NCBI GenBank assembly: GCA_016192455.1
Contig: JACPUC010000007.1
Span: 1-64,000, forward strand
DNA: 64,000 bases
DNA from: Candidatus Tectimicrobiota bacterium
GTDB lineage: Bacteria; JACPUC01
Reading direction: 5' to 3'
Made by a program: the position numbers and the translations under genes. The first letter of the stretch is position 1; each line of letters begins with the position of its first letter. Shown here piece after piece: positions 17,507 through 31,938 of the stretch. A model generated the notes under the pieces. The model saw only the letters and a list, made by a program, of their open reading frames with translations. It did no database searches and was not told where the DNA came from.

Positions 17507-17769
17507 GCCGCTGCGCGGCTGTGCCGGCCACCCGGGGGCGGACGCGCGTCAACGCTTCGGGTGGCCGGGCGCCTCGCGCAGTCTGCTCTGCCCTCCCTGT
17601 CTTGGCGTCGCACGCAGACCGGCCGGCCTGGGCGGGAGGCAGGCGCACCCCTTGCAGGCGAGCTGCTGCTCAGCTCGCGCGGACCGGGGCGTCGAGCATC
17701 ACTGATCCCCACGAAACTTTCTTCACCACTCCCATCCCCCTCTCTAAATCGGCTGGCGATTTCCGCGGT

Positions 17770-17970
17770 CTAGCGTGCTGTTTCACAAATTCTATCGCAA
17801 GAATTTGCGAGGGAGCCTCGCCCCCTCGCGCACCCCGACTACGCGAGCTGCTGCGCAGCTCGCGGGGATTGGGGGTGTGGGGAAGCAAAGGTCTTGCGCA
17901 AAAACTCCCCCACCACATGGCCCGAAGAAGGCTTCCGATTAAGGATGGAATTTGTGTGACGTACCACTAG
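17770..17970. mobile_element. MITE-like element, copy 1
   Basis: Nearly identical to 56365-56570; imperfect terminal inverted repeats (CTAGCGTGCTGTTTCACAAATTC ... GAATTTGTGTGACGTACCACTAG); no credible coding region. Confidence 0.85.
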
Positions 17971-17973
17971 CGC

Positions 17974-18537
17974 TTAGAAGTACTTCTCCGCCAATCCCCA
18001 CTCCTGCAGATCGTCTTCGAACTTCAGCGCCCTCGCCAGGTTGTTGGTGACGAACGACAGCAGCACCGGGCTCATCGCCTCGACGATCTCCGCATCCCCC
18101 AGGCCGTGCGCCCGCAGCGCGGCGATGTCTTCCTTGTCGATCGCGGCGGCATCAGCCGCCATTTTGCGGGCGAACGTCACCAAGGTCTGCTCCAGAGGGG
18201 TGAGACCTTCCAGGCTCTCACCACCGCGCATCTTCCGCACCTGCTCCTTCTCGAGTCCGAACTCCTGAACCAGGAAGTTTGAGTGCCCGCCCGCTCAGTA
18301 GGCGCAGCCGTGCACCGTGGAGGCGGCCACGAACATGAGCTCCTTGATCTTCTGTCCCAGCTTCCCCTCTTTCATGAAGGCCGGGTACATCGCGCCGATG
18401 GCCCGCAGGAGGGGATCGTACTGGGCGGCCATGCGCCGCACGAGGGTCGGCCGTCCGTGCATCTTCTCAAAGAACGTGATGCTCTGCCGCAGCTCCGGTG
18501 ACATCTTCTCCGCATCCGCATAAGGGATGAGCGCCAT
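17974..18537 (-). CDS. AhpD/carboxymuconolactone decarboxylase-family protein, probable selenoprotein (CxxU, Sec at TGA 18295-18297)
   Basis: ORFs 18295..18603 and 17974..18240 are in frame and joined by 18 sense codons: KELMFVAASTVHG-C-A-Y-U-AGGHSNFLVQEFG. Family motif is E....S..NxCxYCxxxH. Strong RBS (GGAGAGGAGG) before ATG 18537; 187 aa. Confidence 0.87.
18260..18279 (-). promoter_or_regulatory. Candidate bacterial SECIS hairpin for the AhpD-like gene
   Basis: Minus strand AAC-T-TCCTG[GTT]CAGGA-GTT. The loop starts with G about 24 nt after UGA. Confidence 0.6.
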
Positions 18538-18775
18538 TTCAACCCTCCTCTCCGAAGTGGGATCTCCCAGCCATGGAATGGAAGATGTTCGCTGTTGCTT
18601 CAATCAGAAGGGGTGGGGCAAGAGGCCGGCCCATGGCCGACCTGCGCGAGAGTAGTGCGTTGCTCTCGCGTCCAGGCACGTGAAGGTGTGAAGCCGCCGC
18701 GGTCGAGTGGGGGGTCCGGGCGTGGCGCGAGGAGACGAGCAACGGCTCGTCCCCTCCTCTGCGGGGAGAGAAGCT

Positions 18776-23374
<4,599 letters not shown>

Positions 23375-23773
23375 TTCTCATGCATGGGGCCGTCGATGGG
23401 CACGCCGCGCCACGGTGGCCCTCTCGAGACAGGCGCGCGCGACGAACTCGCTCTGTCCTAACCCAAGGACGTCGTTCGCTGCGTTCGCGCGGACGTTCGG
23501 TAGCGCGGGAAGTGAGGGGAGAGGAGGCTGAGGGTCTCGATGCGCACCGTAGCTCACCCTGGGTCGTTGCCCGCTCCTCTCTCCTGCCGGCCGAGGAGAG
23601 GCCAAGGTGATAACCAAGCCTTGCAGGAGATGGACGTGCTCCAGGCAGGTGGTGCCGTTCTCCGTCGCCAAGGAGCCTTGACCGATCTCTCCGACAGGCG
23701 CGGAAGCGGGGCGCCCGTCGCCTGGCTGGCTCAGGGCTTGTGCGTCTGTCGCAAAGGCTGGTAAAGTAGCTTC

Positions 23774-23802
23774 AACATAGGGAAAGGTTCCGTTCCTGTC
23801 AA
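23774..23802 (-). promoter_or_regulatory. Sigma70-type promoter upstream of gltB
   Basis: Minus strand TTGACA-17 nt-TATGTT. Confidence 0.6.
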
Positions 23803-23979
23803 TAACTGATTCCGCATCACCCCTGGGGCGTGGTGCGCGCTCCCGGAGCCGGCTCCCTTGGCGCCGCGGGGGAGGGCGGCGCCGCGCAGGGCGCTCGCCG
23901 CGCGCTGGTGCTCCAGCGTGGTAGCTCGCACCGTGGAAATCTGCGCCGCCCCCGCCTCGTTTCCAGCCGCAGCCCTGCC

Positions 23980-24825
23980 ATGGACTTCCAGAGCGATGAG
24001 GCGATCCTGCTGCGCCGCCGCCCCCTGGGGGAGCCGCACCTCCTGGTGACGCTCCTCGGTCGGCGCCTCGGCAAGCTGCAGGTCGTCGCGCCGGGCGCGC
24101 GCAAGCTCTTGCACCGTTACGATACGCGCTTTGAACCCGGCACCGTCGTGTATGTGAACCTGGCGCGCCGCCGCCGGCAGCACCTCTTCCGCATGGAGTG
24201 CTGCGAGACCCTCCTCACGCCGCTGCGGCAGCCGGTCCGGCTGCCGCAGCTCCTCCTGCTGAGCGTGGGTCTCGAGGCCTGCGAGCGGCTGGCCGCGGAG
24301 CAGGCGGGCGAGGAGCCGCTGCATGCCGTGCTGCTGGAGTACCTCCTCTGCCTGCGCAGCGCGCGGCTGTCGCTCCTCCTTTGGGATGGGTTGACGGCGC
24401 GGGCCTTGCAAGCTGCGGGCTTCGCCCCGCAGCTCCAGGCCTGCGTGCGCTGCGGCGGCGCCCTCGGCGGCGCGCGCCGCGTCTGCGTCAGCGGCGAGCT
24501 CGGCGGGGCGCTCTGCGAGGGCTGTGTCACCAAGGGCGCGGAACAGGGCGAGGAGGCGGCGGGGGCAGCCCTCCTGCGCGTGCCCCCGGGCACCTTGCAG
24601 CTTCTGCTGCACCTGCTGAGCGCCCCCTTTGCTCAGCTCCAGAAGCTCCGTCCCTCGAAGGCCCAGGCGAAGGAGGTGCATGCGATCCTCGGCGCGGCGC
24701 TGCGGGCCGTGCTCGGGCAGGAGCTGCAAACGGAACGCGTCCTTCGTCAATGGCAGGAAACGCCTCGGCGCCGCGTCCTAGCTGAGTTTGACGTTGACCT
24801 CGGAGCGCCATTCCCCTATAGTTAG
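23980..24825 (+). CDS. recO: DNA repair protein RecO
   Basis: EAILLRRRPLGE..LLVTLLGRRLGKL...A.GARK; GFAPQLQACVRCG...GALCEGC zinc finger. Confidence 0.85.
   Translation: MDFQSDEAILLRRRPLGEPHLLVTLLGRRLGKLQVVAPGARKLLHRYDTRFEPGTVVYVNLARRRRQHLFRMECCETLLTPLRQPVRLPQLLLLSVGLEACERLAAEQAGEEPLHAVLLEYLLCLRSARLSLLLWDGLTARALQAAGFAPQLQACVRCGGALGGARRVCVSGELGGALCEGCVTKGAEQGEEAAGAALLRVPPGTLQLLLHLLSAPFAQLQKLRPSKAQAKEVHAILGAALRAVLGQELQTERVLRQWQETPRRRVLAEFDVDLGAPFPYS
24794..24822 (+). promoter_or_regulatory. Sigma70-type promoter for argS, inside the recO 3' end
   Basis: TTGACC-17 nt-TATAGT. Confidence 0.55.
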
Positions 24826-24891
24826 AGGGGTAACTGTTTGAAAATGAGGATTCTAGGCTAGTCTGATGAGCTCCTTCCACGGGCCATTTCG

Positions 24892-26574
24892 ATGCGGAAT
24901 CGACTCCGACGCCTGCTCTACGATGCTGTCTCGACAACCTGCCGGAAGCTCGGCCAGGAGCTGCCGGCCGATTTTTCGCCCCTGGTTGAAGTGCAAGAGA
25001 ACGAGCAGTTCGGCGACTTCTCCAGCAATGCCGCACTGATCCTGGCGAAAGCCCTGCATCGCAATCCGCGCGAGCTTGCCGGCCACATTGTCGAGGCGTT
25101 CGACAAGGAGGATGTCGGCAACGGCGCGGCTCTCCTCCTGGATACCGCCGAAGTCGCCGGACCGGGCTTCATTAACTTCCGCTTGGTTCGCCAGGCATGG
25201 CTCGAGGAGCTGCGTCACGTGCTGGCCGAGGGAGAGGAGTACGGCCGCTCCCACCTCGGGCAGGGCAAGCGCGTGCAGGTGGAGTTCGTCAGCGCCAATC
25301 CGACCGGGCCATTGCACGTCGGCCATGGACGCTCGGCCGCCTACGGGGACGTCCTGGCGAACCTGTTGGCGTTCAGCGGCTACCAGGTGGAGCGCGAGTA
25401 CTACATCAATGACGCCGGCGCCCAGATGGCCATGCTTGGGCGCTCGACCTTCCTGCGCTACTGTGAGCTCCTGGAGCAGGAGATCGACTTCCCCGAGAAT
25501 GGCTACCGCGGCGAGTACGTGCGCGCCCTTGCCGAGGAGCTGAAAACAAAGTACGGCCTACGGCTGCTCGAGCTGGAGGAGGAGCAGGCCCAGGCGATCT
25601 GCCGCCGGGAAGCGGGCGACGCCATCCTGCAAGGCATTCGCCAGGACCTCGAGAACTTCGGGGTGCGCTTCGACACCTGGTTCAGTGAGCAGAGCCTCTT
25701 CGAGAGCGCCGCGGTTGAGACGGCGTTGGAGAAGCTGAAGGAGAACGGCAACCTCTATGAAAAGGATGGCGCCTGGTGGCTGCGCTCCAGTGCCTATGGG
25801 GATGACGAGGACCGGGTGGTGGTGCGCGCCGATGGTCGCCCTACCTACCTGGCCTCCGACATCGCCTACCACCAGCACAAGTTCGCGCGCGCCTACGACC
25901 TCATCATCGACCTCTGGGGCGCCGACCACCACGGCTACATTCCCCGCGTCCGTGCCGCCGTGCAGGCTTTGGGGTACGCTCCCGACCCCCTGAAGATTCT
26001 CCTCGTGCAGTTCGTCAATTTAGTGCGGGGGGATCAGCGCGTTTCCATGTCCACCCGCGCCGGCGCCTTCGTCACCCTGGCCGAGGTGGTTGACGAGGTG
26101 GGGCGGGACGCGGCGCGCTTTTTCTACCTGCTGCGGCGCGGCGACGCGCACCTCGATTTCGATCTCGAGCTGGCCAAGCAGCAATCGGCGGAGAACCCGG
26201 TCTACTACGTGCAGTACGCCCATGCCCGCATCGCCAGCATCTACGACAAGGCGCGCGAGACGGGATCGAGGCGCCTGCCGCTGCGGGAAGTGGACTTCTC
26301 CTGCCTCCAGCAGCCGCTAGAAATCAAGCTCATGAAGCGGCTCGCCGCCTTCCCGGGCGTGGTGGAGAGCGCCGCGGCCACCCTCGAGCCGCACCGGCTC
26401 ACCTTCTACATCATTGATCTGGTTGGGGATTTCCACCGGTACTACAATAGCCATCGGGTGCTGGATGGCGATCCTCAGCTTGCCAGCGCCCGCCTCTACC
26501 TCCTCGAGGCGATCCGCTGCGTCGTGGCGCGCGTGTTGCAGCTTCTCGGCGTCTCAGCGCCCACCTCGATGTAA
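24892..26574 (+). CDS. argS: Arginine--tRNA ligase
   Basis: VEFVSANPTGPLHVGHGR, EYYINDAG, WGADHHGY, MSTRAG, YYVQYAHARI. Confidence 0.97.
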   Translation: MRNRLRRLLYDAVSTTCRKLGQELPADFSPLVEVQENEQFGDFSSNAALILAKALHRNPRELAGHIVEAFDKEDVGNGAALLLDTAEVAGPGFINFRLVRQAWLEELRHVLAEGEEYGRSHLGQGKRVQVEFVSANPTGPLHVGHGRSAAYGDVLANLLAFSGYQVEREYYINDAGAQMAMLGRSTFLRYCELLEQEIDFPENGYRGEYVRALAEELKTKYGLRLLELEEEQAQAICRREAGDAILQGIRQDLENFGVRFDTWFSEQSLFESAAVETALEKLKENGNLYEKDGAWWLRSSAYGDDEDRVVVRADGRPTYLASDIAYHQHKFARAYDLIIDLWGADHHGYIPRVRAAVQALGYAPDPLKILLVQFVNLVRGDQRVSMSTRAGAFVTLAEVVDEVGRDAARFFYLLRRGDAHLDFDLELAKQQSAENPVYYVQYAHARIASIYDKARETGSRRLPLREVDFSCLQQPLEIKLMKRLAAFPGVVESAAATLEPHRLTFYIIDLVGDFHRYYNSHRVLDGDPQLASARLYLLEAIRCVVARVLQLLGVSAPTSM

Positions 26575-26753
26575 GGAGAGGACCGCTCGGGCGGTGAGGT
26601 TCTTTTCATCCATGGGGCCGCGAGGCGAGGGCTGACATGCTTCGGTTCTGCCCTCTCCAGGCCAAGGAGGAGCGCTCTGATTTCTCACCGCAGCGCGGCC
26701 AGCTCCGCGCGCTCATCGGGGGAGGCCGGATACGGCAGTGAGGGCGTCGGAGT

Positions 26754-27809
26754 ATGGGCCGATTTCAGCGGCGTAAATCTTCCCCCGTTGGGCAAGGCAG
26801 GCCAATTCCCGCGGCGCACTCCGGAACCGGACGTGGTCGGGGTCCCATGGTTCACCTTAGTCTGTCGCGCAGGCAGTTTGTCACCATCGTGGGCTCCCTA
26901 GCGCTCACCATGGTTCTGGCCTTCATCCTCGGTTTTCTTCTGGGGCGCAGCGGCGTGCCCGGCATGCAGGCGGAGCGCGCCATCGGGCAGGGCGCCACCG
27001 CCCAGCAGCAGGGGATGCCGCCGCCGACGCGCCTCGCGGAGCAGGAAGGTCAGCCCGCAACCTCCGAGGCGACCTCGGCGGTGGCGCCGCCAGCCGCCAA
27101 AGGAGACAAAGGAGACAAAGGAGACAAAGGAGACAAAGGAGACAAAGGAGACAAAGGAGACAAAGGAGAGAAGAGTGCGCGGGCTGGCGAGCGCGAGGGG
27201 GGAGGCACGGTGGAGCGGCGGCTGACCTTTTATCGCTCGCTGCCGCAACCGGTTCAGGAGCAGATCGGCATCACCCCCGAGGGTACGCCGGGAGCCGATC
27301 GTGACTCCGCCGCCGCGGCGAGTGGCGCTCACGGGGCGGCCCCGCAGCAGCAGGGGAGCAGCGCGCCCGCGGCCTCGCAGGAGGCGAGCGCGGGCGCGCC
27401 CCAGCCCATGGCGCGGGCCGGAGCCTCCGCGGCGGCGGGAGAATCCCCGCCGCCGGCGCCGCCGGTGAAGCTCCCCTCCGTCTCCAAGCCGCGCGCCGCG
27501 GCGCCGCCTGCCGCCACGGCCGCGGCGGCGCCAGCACGTCCCCCGGCGCTCGAAGAGGGCTATACGATCACCGTCGGCTCGTTCAGGGAGGCGGCGAATG
27601 CCCTGAAGATCACCAGCGAGCTTCAAAGCAAGGGCTACCAGGCCTCCATCCTGCCCGTGACGATTTCCGGCCAGGGTTCCTTCCACCGCGTCCGCGTGGG
27701 AGGGTACCGCAGCCGTGCCGAGGCGGAGCAGGTGGCCAAAATGCTGCGGGAGCGGGAGAAGCTGCCGGCTCGGGTCATGTCAGTCCAGGCCAGCCAAACC
27801 GTTGAGTGA
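26754..27809 (+). CDS. SPOR-domain cell division protein (FtsN/DedD-like)
   Basis: One TM helix, LTFYRSL motif, low-complexity linker, C-terminal SPOR (YTITVGSF...HRVRVGGY); follows argS as usual. Confidence 0.85.
   Translation: MGRFQRRKSSPVGQGRPIPAAHSGTGRGRGPMVHLSLSRRQFVTIVGSLALTMVLAFILGFLLGRSGVPGMQAERAIGQGATAQQQGMPPPTRLAEQEGQPATSEATSAVAPPAAKGDKGDKGDKGDKGDKGDKGDKGEKSARAGEREGGGTVERRLTFYRSLPQPVQEQIGITPEGTPGADRDSAAAASGAHGAAPQQQGSSAPAASQEASAGAPQPMARAGASAAAGESPPPAPPVKLPSVSKPRAAAPPAATAAAAPARPPALEEGYTITVGSFREAANALKITSELQSKGYQASILPVTISGQGSFHRVRVGGYRSRAEAEQVAKMLREREKLPARVMSVQASQTVE
27099..27170 (+). repeat. 9-bp tandem repeat (AAAGGAGAC)x7 + AAAGGAGAG, encoding (KGD)7KGE
   Basis: Read directly from sequence. 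Confidence 0.97.
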
Positions 27810-27822
27810 GATTGGAACCGCG

Positions 27823-29208
27823 ATGGATGCCTTGCACATCGGCTTGCTTGGCTGTGGGGTGGTGGGGGGCGGGTTGCTCTCCTTGCTGCAGGAGAATGGG
27901 GAGGTTCTGACCCGACGGCTGGGCCAGCCGTTGCAGGTGCGTCGGGTGCTCGTGCGCAACCTGCGGCGACAACGGAACCTGCCGCTGCCTCCCGGGGTGC
28001 TGACCACCGACTTCGAGGAAGTGCTGGCTGATCCCCGCATCTCCATCGTCGTGGAGCTGATGGGCGGCACGGAGGTTGCCCGCAAGTACGCCCTGCGGGC
28101 CCTGCGCGCCGGCAAGCACCTGGTGACGGCGAACAAGGCCCTCCTGGCGCTGCACGCCACCGAGCTCCTGGCCGAGGCCGAGGCCCGCCACTGCATGGTG
28201 GGCTTTGAAGCGAGCGTGGGCGGAGGCATCCCCATCCTCGAGGCGCTTGCCACGCTGCTGGCCGCCAACCGTATTGAATCGCTGCACGGCATCATCAACG
28301 GCACCACGAACTACATCCTCGGGCGCATGGCGCACGATCACCTCCCCTATGCGGCGGCGCTTGCCGCCGCCCAGGGGCTGGGCTACGCCGAGCCGGACCC
28401 CACCTTGGATGTTGACGGAACCGATTCGGCGCACAAGATTGCCATCTTAGCGCGCCTCGCCTTCGGCGTGGACATCGACTTCAAAGAGATCAGCGTGCAA
28501 GGAATCACCGAGGTAGGACCGGACGACCTGCGGGTGGCCGCGCGCTTCGGGTACGCCTTGAAACTCCTTGCTTCGGCAACCTATGCCGAGGAGCAGCTCC
28601 ACCTGAGCGTGCGTCCCGCGCTCGTGCCGCAGACCGCCGCGCTGGCCCGCATCGAGGGCCCGTACAACGCCGTGCAGATCATCGGCAACTTCTGCGGCCC
28701 GCAGCTCTTCGTCGGCCAGGGGGCGGGGCCGCGCGCCACGGCGAGCGCGGTGGCGTGCGACATCCTGGCCATCGGGGCGAGGCTGATGGAGCTGGCGGAG
28801 TATCCTTCACGGCGCTGGCTGGGCGCGGGCGCCGTGCAGCAGACCCTGGCGCGCGCGCAGGCCAAGGTGAGCGTTGCCCCGCGGGGCGCGCAGCGGGGTC
28901 GCTACCTCCTCCTCGTGCCCAGCGGCGATCCCCCCGGCAGCGCCGGGACCGCCGCCGCCGGGCGGCGCTTCGAGGCGGGCGTCGCCGAGATCCTCAGCCG
29001 CCACGGCATCGCAGCGCCCCACACCGAGTGGGTCGCCGCCGCCGCGGCGGGGGAGTGGTGCTACGCGCTGGAAACCGAGCCGGTCGTGGAGCGGCAGGTG
29101 TGGGCCGGCCTCGATGCCCTCGCCACCTTGGAGAGCGTCAAGGCCGCGGCGAAAGCCTATCGCATCGAGCCGCTCGCCGTATCGCAGACAAAGGGTTCAC
29201 CACCATGA
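27823..29208 (+). CDS. hom: Homoserine dehydrogenase
   Basis: IGLLGCGVVG, VTANKAL, FEASVGGGIP, GIINGTTNYIL, GYAEPDPTLDVDG. Confidence 0.95.
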   Translation: MDALHIGLLGCGVVGGGLLSLLQENGEVLTRRLGQPLQVRRVLVRNLRRQRNLPLPPGVLTTDFEEVLADPRISIVVELMGGTEVARKYALRALRAGKHLVTANKALLALHATELLAEAEARHCMVGFEASVGGGIPILEALATLLAANRIESLHGIINGTTNYILGRMAHDHLPYAAALAAAQGLGYAEPDPTLDVDGTDSAHKIAILARLAFGVDIDFKEISVQGITEVGPDDLRVAARFGYALKLLASATYAEEQLHLSVRPALVPQTAALARIEGPYNAVQIIGNFCGPQLFVGQGAGPRATASAVACDILAIGARLMELAEYPSRRWLGAGAVQQTLARAQAKVSVAPRGAQRGRYLLLVPSGDPPGSAGTAAAGRRFEAGVAEILSRHGIAAPHTEWVAAAAAGEWCYALETEPVVERQVWAGLDALATLESVKAAAKAYRIEPLAVSQTKGSPP

Positions 29209-30425
29209 AATACATCGTACTCGTTCCCGATGGGATGAGTGACCTTCCCGTGGCGGAGCTTGGAGAGCGCACGCCGCTCGAGGTTGCCGCCACCCCGGCG
29301 ATGGACTGGCTGGCGCGGCGCGGCGAGTGCGGCCGCGTGCAGACCGTGCCGCCGGGCTTCGAGCCGGGCAGTGATGTCGCCGCGCTGTCGATCCTCGGCT
29401 ACGACCCGCGCACCTGCTACACCGGTCGCTCGCCGCTGGAAGCCGCGAGCATGGGCATCGAGCTTGGCCCCGACGATGTCGCCTTCCGCTGCAACCTCGT
29501 TACCCTGGCGCGCCGCCATGGCGACCTCGCCATGGCTGATTACAGCGGCGGCCACATCAGCAGCAAGGAGGCGGCCGAGCTCATGAAGACGGTGGACGAG
29601 CACCTCGGCGGCGCCGAGCTCGCCTTCTACCCCGGCAAGATGTATCGACACCTCATGGTCTGGCACGGCGGGCCCGAGGGCTGCCGCACCACCCCGCCTC
29701 ACGACATCCTGGACCAGCCGATCGCCGGCTACCTCCCCGACGGAGCCGGCCGCGATCGTTTGCGCCACCTCATCGCGCGCTCGGCGGACCTCTTGAGCGC
29801 GCATCCCGTGAACGCGCGGCGGCAAGCCCAGGGGAAGGCGCCGGCGAACAGCATCTGGCTCTGGGGCGAAGGCAAGGCTCCGCACCTGCAGCCCTTTGCG
29901 CAGAAGTACGGCCTGCGCGGCGGCGTCATCTCGGCGGTTGATCTCGTCCTCGGCATCGGACGGCATCTCGGGCTGCGGATCATCGACGTGCCCGGGGCCA
30001 CCGGCTTCACCGACACGAACTACGAGGGGAAGGCCGAGTATGCCCTGAAGGCCCTGGAGGAGCTGGACTTCGTCTATGTGCACGTGGAAGCCACGGACGA
30101 GGCCGGCCACATGGGGGACCTGGAGGGGAAGATCAGCGCCATTGAAGACTTCGATCGCCGCGTCGTGCAGCGCCTCCTGGAGGGCCTGCCGCGGCTCGGG
30201 CCGCACCGCATCTTGCTGCTGCCCGATCATGCCACCCCCGTGCGCTTAAGGACCCACTGCTCCGACCCCGTGCCGGCCCTCATCTACACCTCGACGCATG
30301 AGGTTGCCGGCATGCCGGCGTATGACGAGCACCTCCTCGAGGGGGAGTGTCCGCTTGCCATGACGGCGGGGCACGAGCTGATGGCGCACTTCCTGCGCCT
30401 CCCGCATGGCGCGGGGGTACGGTAG
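29205..30425 (+). CDS. apgM: Cofactor-independent phosphoglycerate mutase family (ApgM-like)
   Basis: MKYIVLVPDGMSD, PGSDVA, TGRSPLEAAS, HVEATDEAGH, PDHATP. Confidence 0.9.
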   Translation: MKYIVLVPDGMSDLPVAELGERTPLEVAATPAMDWLARRGECGRVQTVPPGFEPGSDVAALSILGYDPRTCYTGRSPLEAASMGIELGPDDVAFRCNLVTLARRHGDLAMADYSGGHISSKEAAELMKTVDEHLGGAELAFYPGKMYRHLMVWHGGPEGCRTTPPHDILDQPIAGYLPDGAGRDRLRHLIARSADLLSAHPVNARRQAQGKAPANSIWLWGEGKAPHLQPFAQKYGLRGGVISAVDLVLGIGRHLGLRIIDVPGATGFTDTNYEGKAEYALKALEELDFVYVHVEATDEAGHMGDLEGKISAIEDFDRRVVQRLLEGLPRLGPHRILLLPDHATPVRLRTHCSDPVPALIYTSTHEVAGMPAYDEHLLEGECPLAMTAGHELMAHFLRLPHGAGVR

Positions 30426-30675
30426 CGCGGGCGCAGGGCGGGGCAGGGGGAGAACCGCCGACGCAGCCTAAAGATTTCGTCGGCGGCGTTGCTCCTCAGT
30501 GCTGCGGCGCGGGAGTCCATCGGGACGCGGAAGAGGCTGGGGGATTGAGGAGAGGGACGGGGCTGAACGTGGTGTGGTCGCGAGCGATCCGAGGTTGAGG
30601 TGGGGTGCGGCGGCGTCTCCGGCACCCCTGAGCGGCGAGCGTGACGGCGTGTGATGACAAGGGAGCGTGCGGCCC

Positions 30676-31938
30676 ATGCGTATCATTGTGCAGAAATATG
30701 GTGGCACGTCAGTCGGTGATGTTGAGCGCATCAAGATGGTGGCGCGGAAGTCGATTCAGGCTCTGCAGCGCGCCGACGGCCTGGTCGTCGTCGTCTCCGC
30801 CATGGCGGGCGAGACGAACAAGCTGGTGGATTTGGCGCACCAGATCAACCCGCGCGCCGACGAGCGCGAGCTGGACATGCTCCTGTCGACCGGCGAGCGG
30901 GTGACCATTGCGCTGTTGGCCATGGCCATTCAGGCCCTGGGCTACCAGGCGCGCTCGTTCACCGGCCGGCAGGTCGGCATCGTTACGGACAGCACCTACA
31001 CGAAAGCCCGCATCAAGCGCGTGGAGTGCGACCACATCATGGACCTGCTGCGGCAGGGGACCATCGCGGTGGTGGCGGGGTTCCAGGGGATCGACGAGAA
31101 GCAGCAGGTGACGACGCTGGGGCGCGGCGGTTCCGACCTCACCGCGGTGGCCTTGGCGGCGGCCCTGAAGGCGGACATCTGCGAGATTTACACGGACGTG
31201 GACGGCGTCTACACCACCGACCCCTCCATCGAGCCGAAGGCGCGCCGGCTCAGCCGCATCTCCCATGACGAGATGCTGGAGATGGCCAGCCTGGGGGCAA
31301 AGGTCCTGCAAGCGCGTTGCGTGGAGTTTGCGAAACGTCACAACGTGCCGCTGGTGGTGAAGTCGACGTTCGAAGAAGGAGAGGGCACCTTGATTACGCG
31401 GGAAGATGCTGATATGGAACAGGTGGTGGTGGCCGGCGTGGCGTGCAGCCGAGACCTGGCGCGCATCACCCTGCACGAGGTGGCGGACCGTCCCGGGATT
31501 GCTGCCCGCATCTTCAACGCTATTGCGGCGAAGAACATCGTGGTCGATATGATCATCCAGAACATCAGCGAGCATGGCTTGACCGATATCTCGTTCACCG
31601 TACCGCGCAGCGAGGGACGGAGGGCGCTTGAGCTGTTGGCCCCGGTGGTCGAGGAGATCGGCGCCGCGGAGACCAAGCTCAACGAGACGATCGCGCGCGT
31701 TTCCATCGTGGGGCTCGGCATCCGCAGCCACCAGGGGGTGGCGGCAAAGATGTTCGAGGCGCTGTCGCGGGAGGGGATCAACATCCTCATGATCAGCACC
31801 TCGGAGATCAAGATCTCCTGCGTGATCGAGGAGGCCTACATGGAGCGCGCGGTGCGCGCCCTGCACGCTGCCTTCGAGCTCGATCGCGAACCAACAGCGG
31901 TTCGAGCACGGGCTGGAACCGCGGGAACGGCACGGTGA
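30676..31938 (+). CDS. lysC: Aspartate kinase
   Basis: [25 protein letters not shown], two ACT domains, ISTSEIKIS. Confidence 0.96.
   Translation: MRIIVQKYGGTSVGDVERIKMVARKSIQALQRADGLVVVVSAMAGETNKLVDLAHQINPRADERELDMLLSTGERVTIALLAMAIQALGYQARSFTGRQVGIVTDSTYTKARIKRVECDHIMDLLRQGTIAVVAGFQGIDEKQQVTTLGRGGSDLTAVALAAALKADICEIYTDVDGVYTTDPSIEPKARRLSRISHDEMLEMASLGAKVLQARCVEFAKRHNVPLVVKSTFEEGEGTLITREDADMEQVVVAGVACSRDLARITLHEVADRPGIAARIFNAIAAKNIVVDMIIQNISEHGLTDISFTVPRSEGRRALELLAPVVEEIGAAETKLNETIARVSIVGLGIRSHQGVAAKMFEALSREGINILMISTSEIKISCVIEEAYMERAVRALHAAFELDREPTAVRARAGTAGTAR

Noticed and set aside
30426-30675. Lysine or SAM riboswitch upstream of lysC
   Set aside because: No recognisable aptamer consensus by eye; an Rfam scan would settle it.
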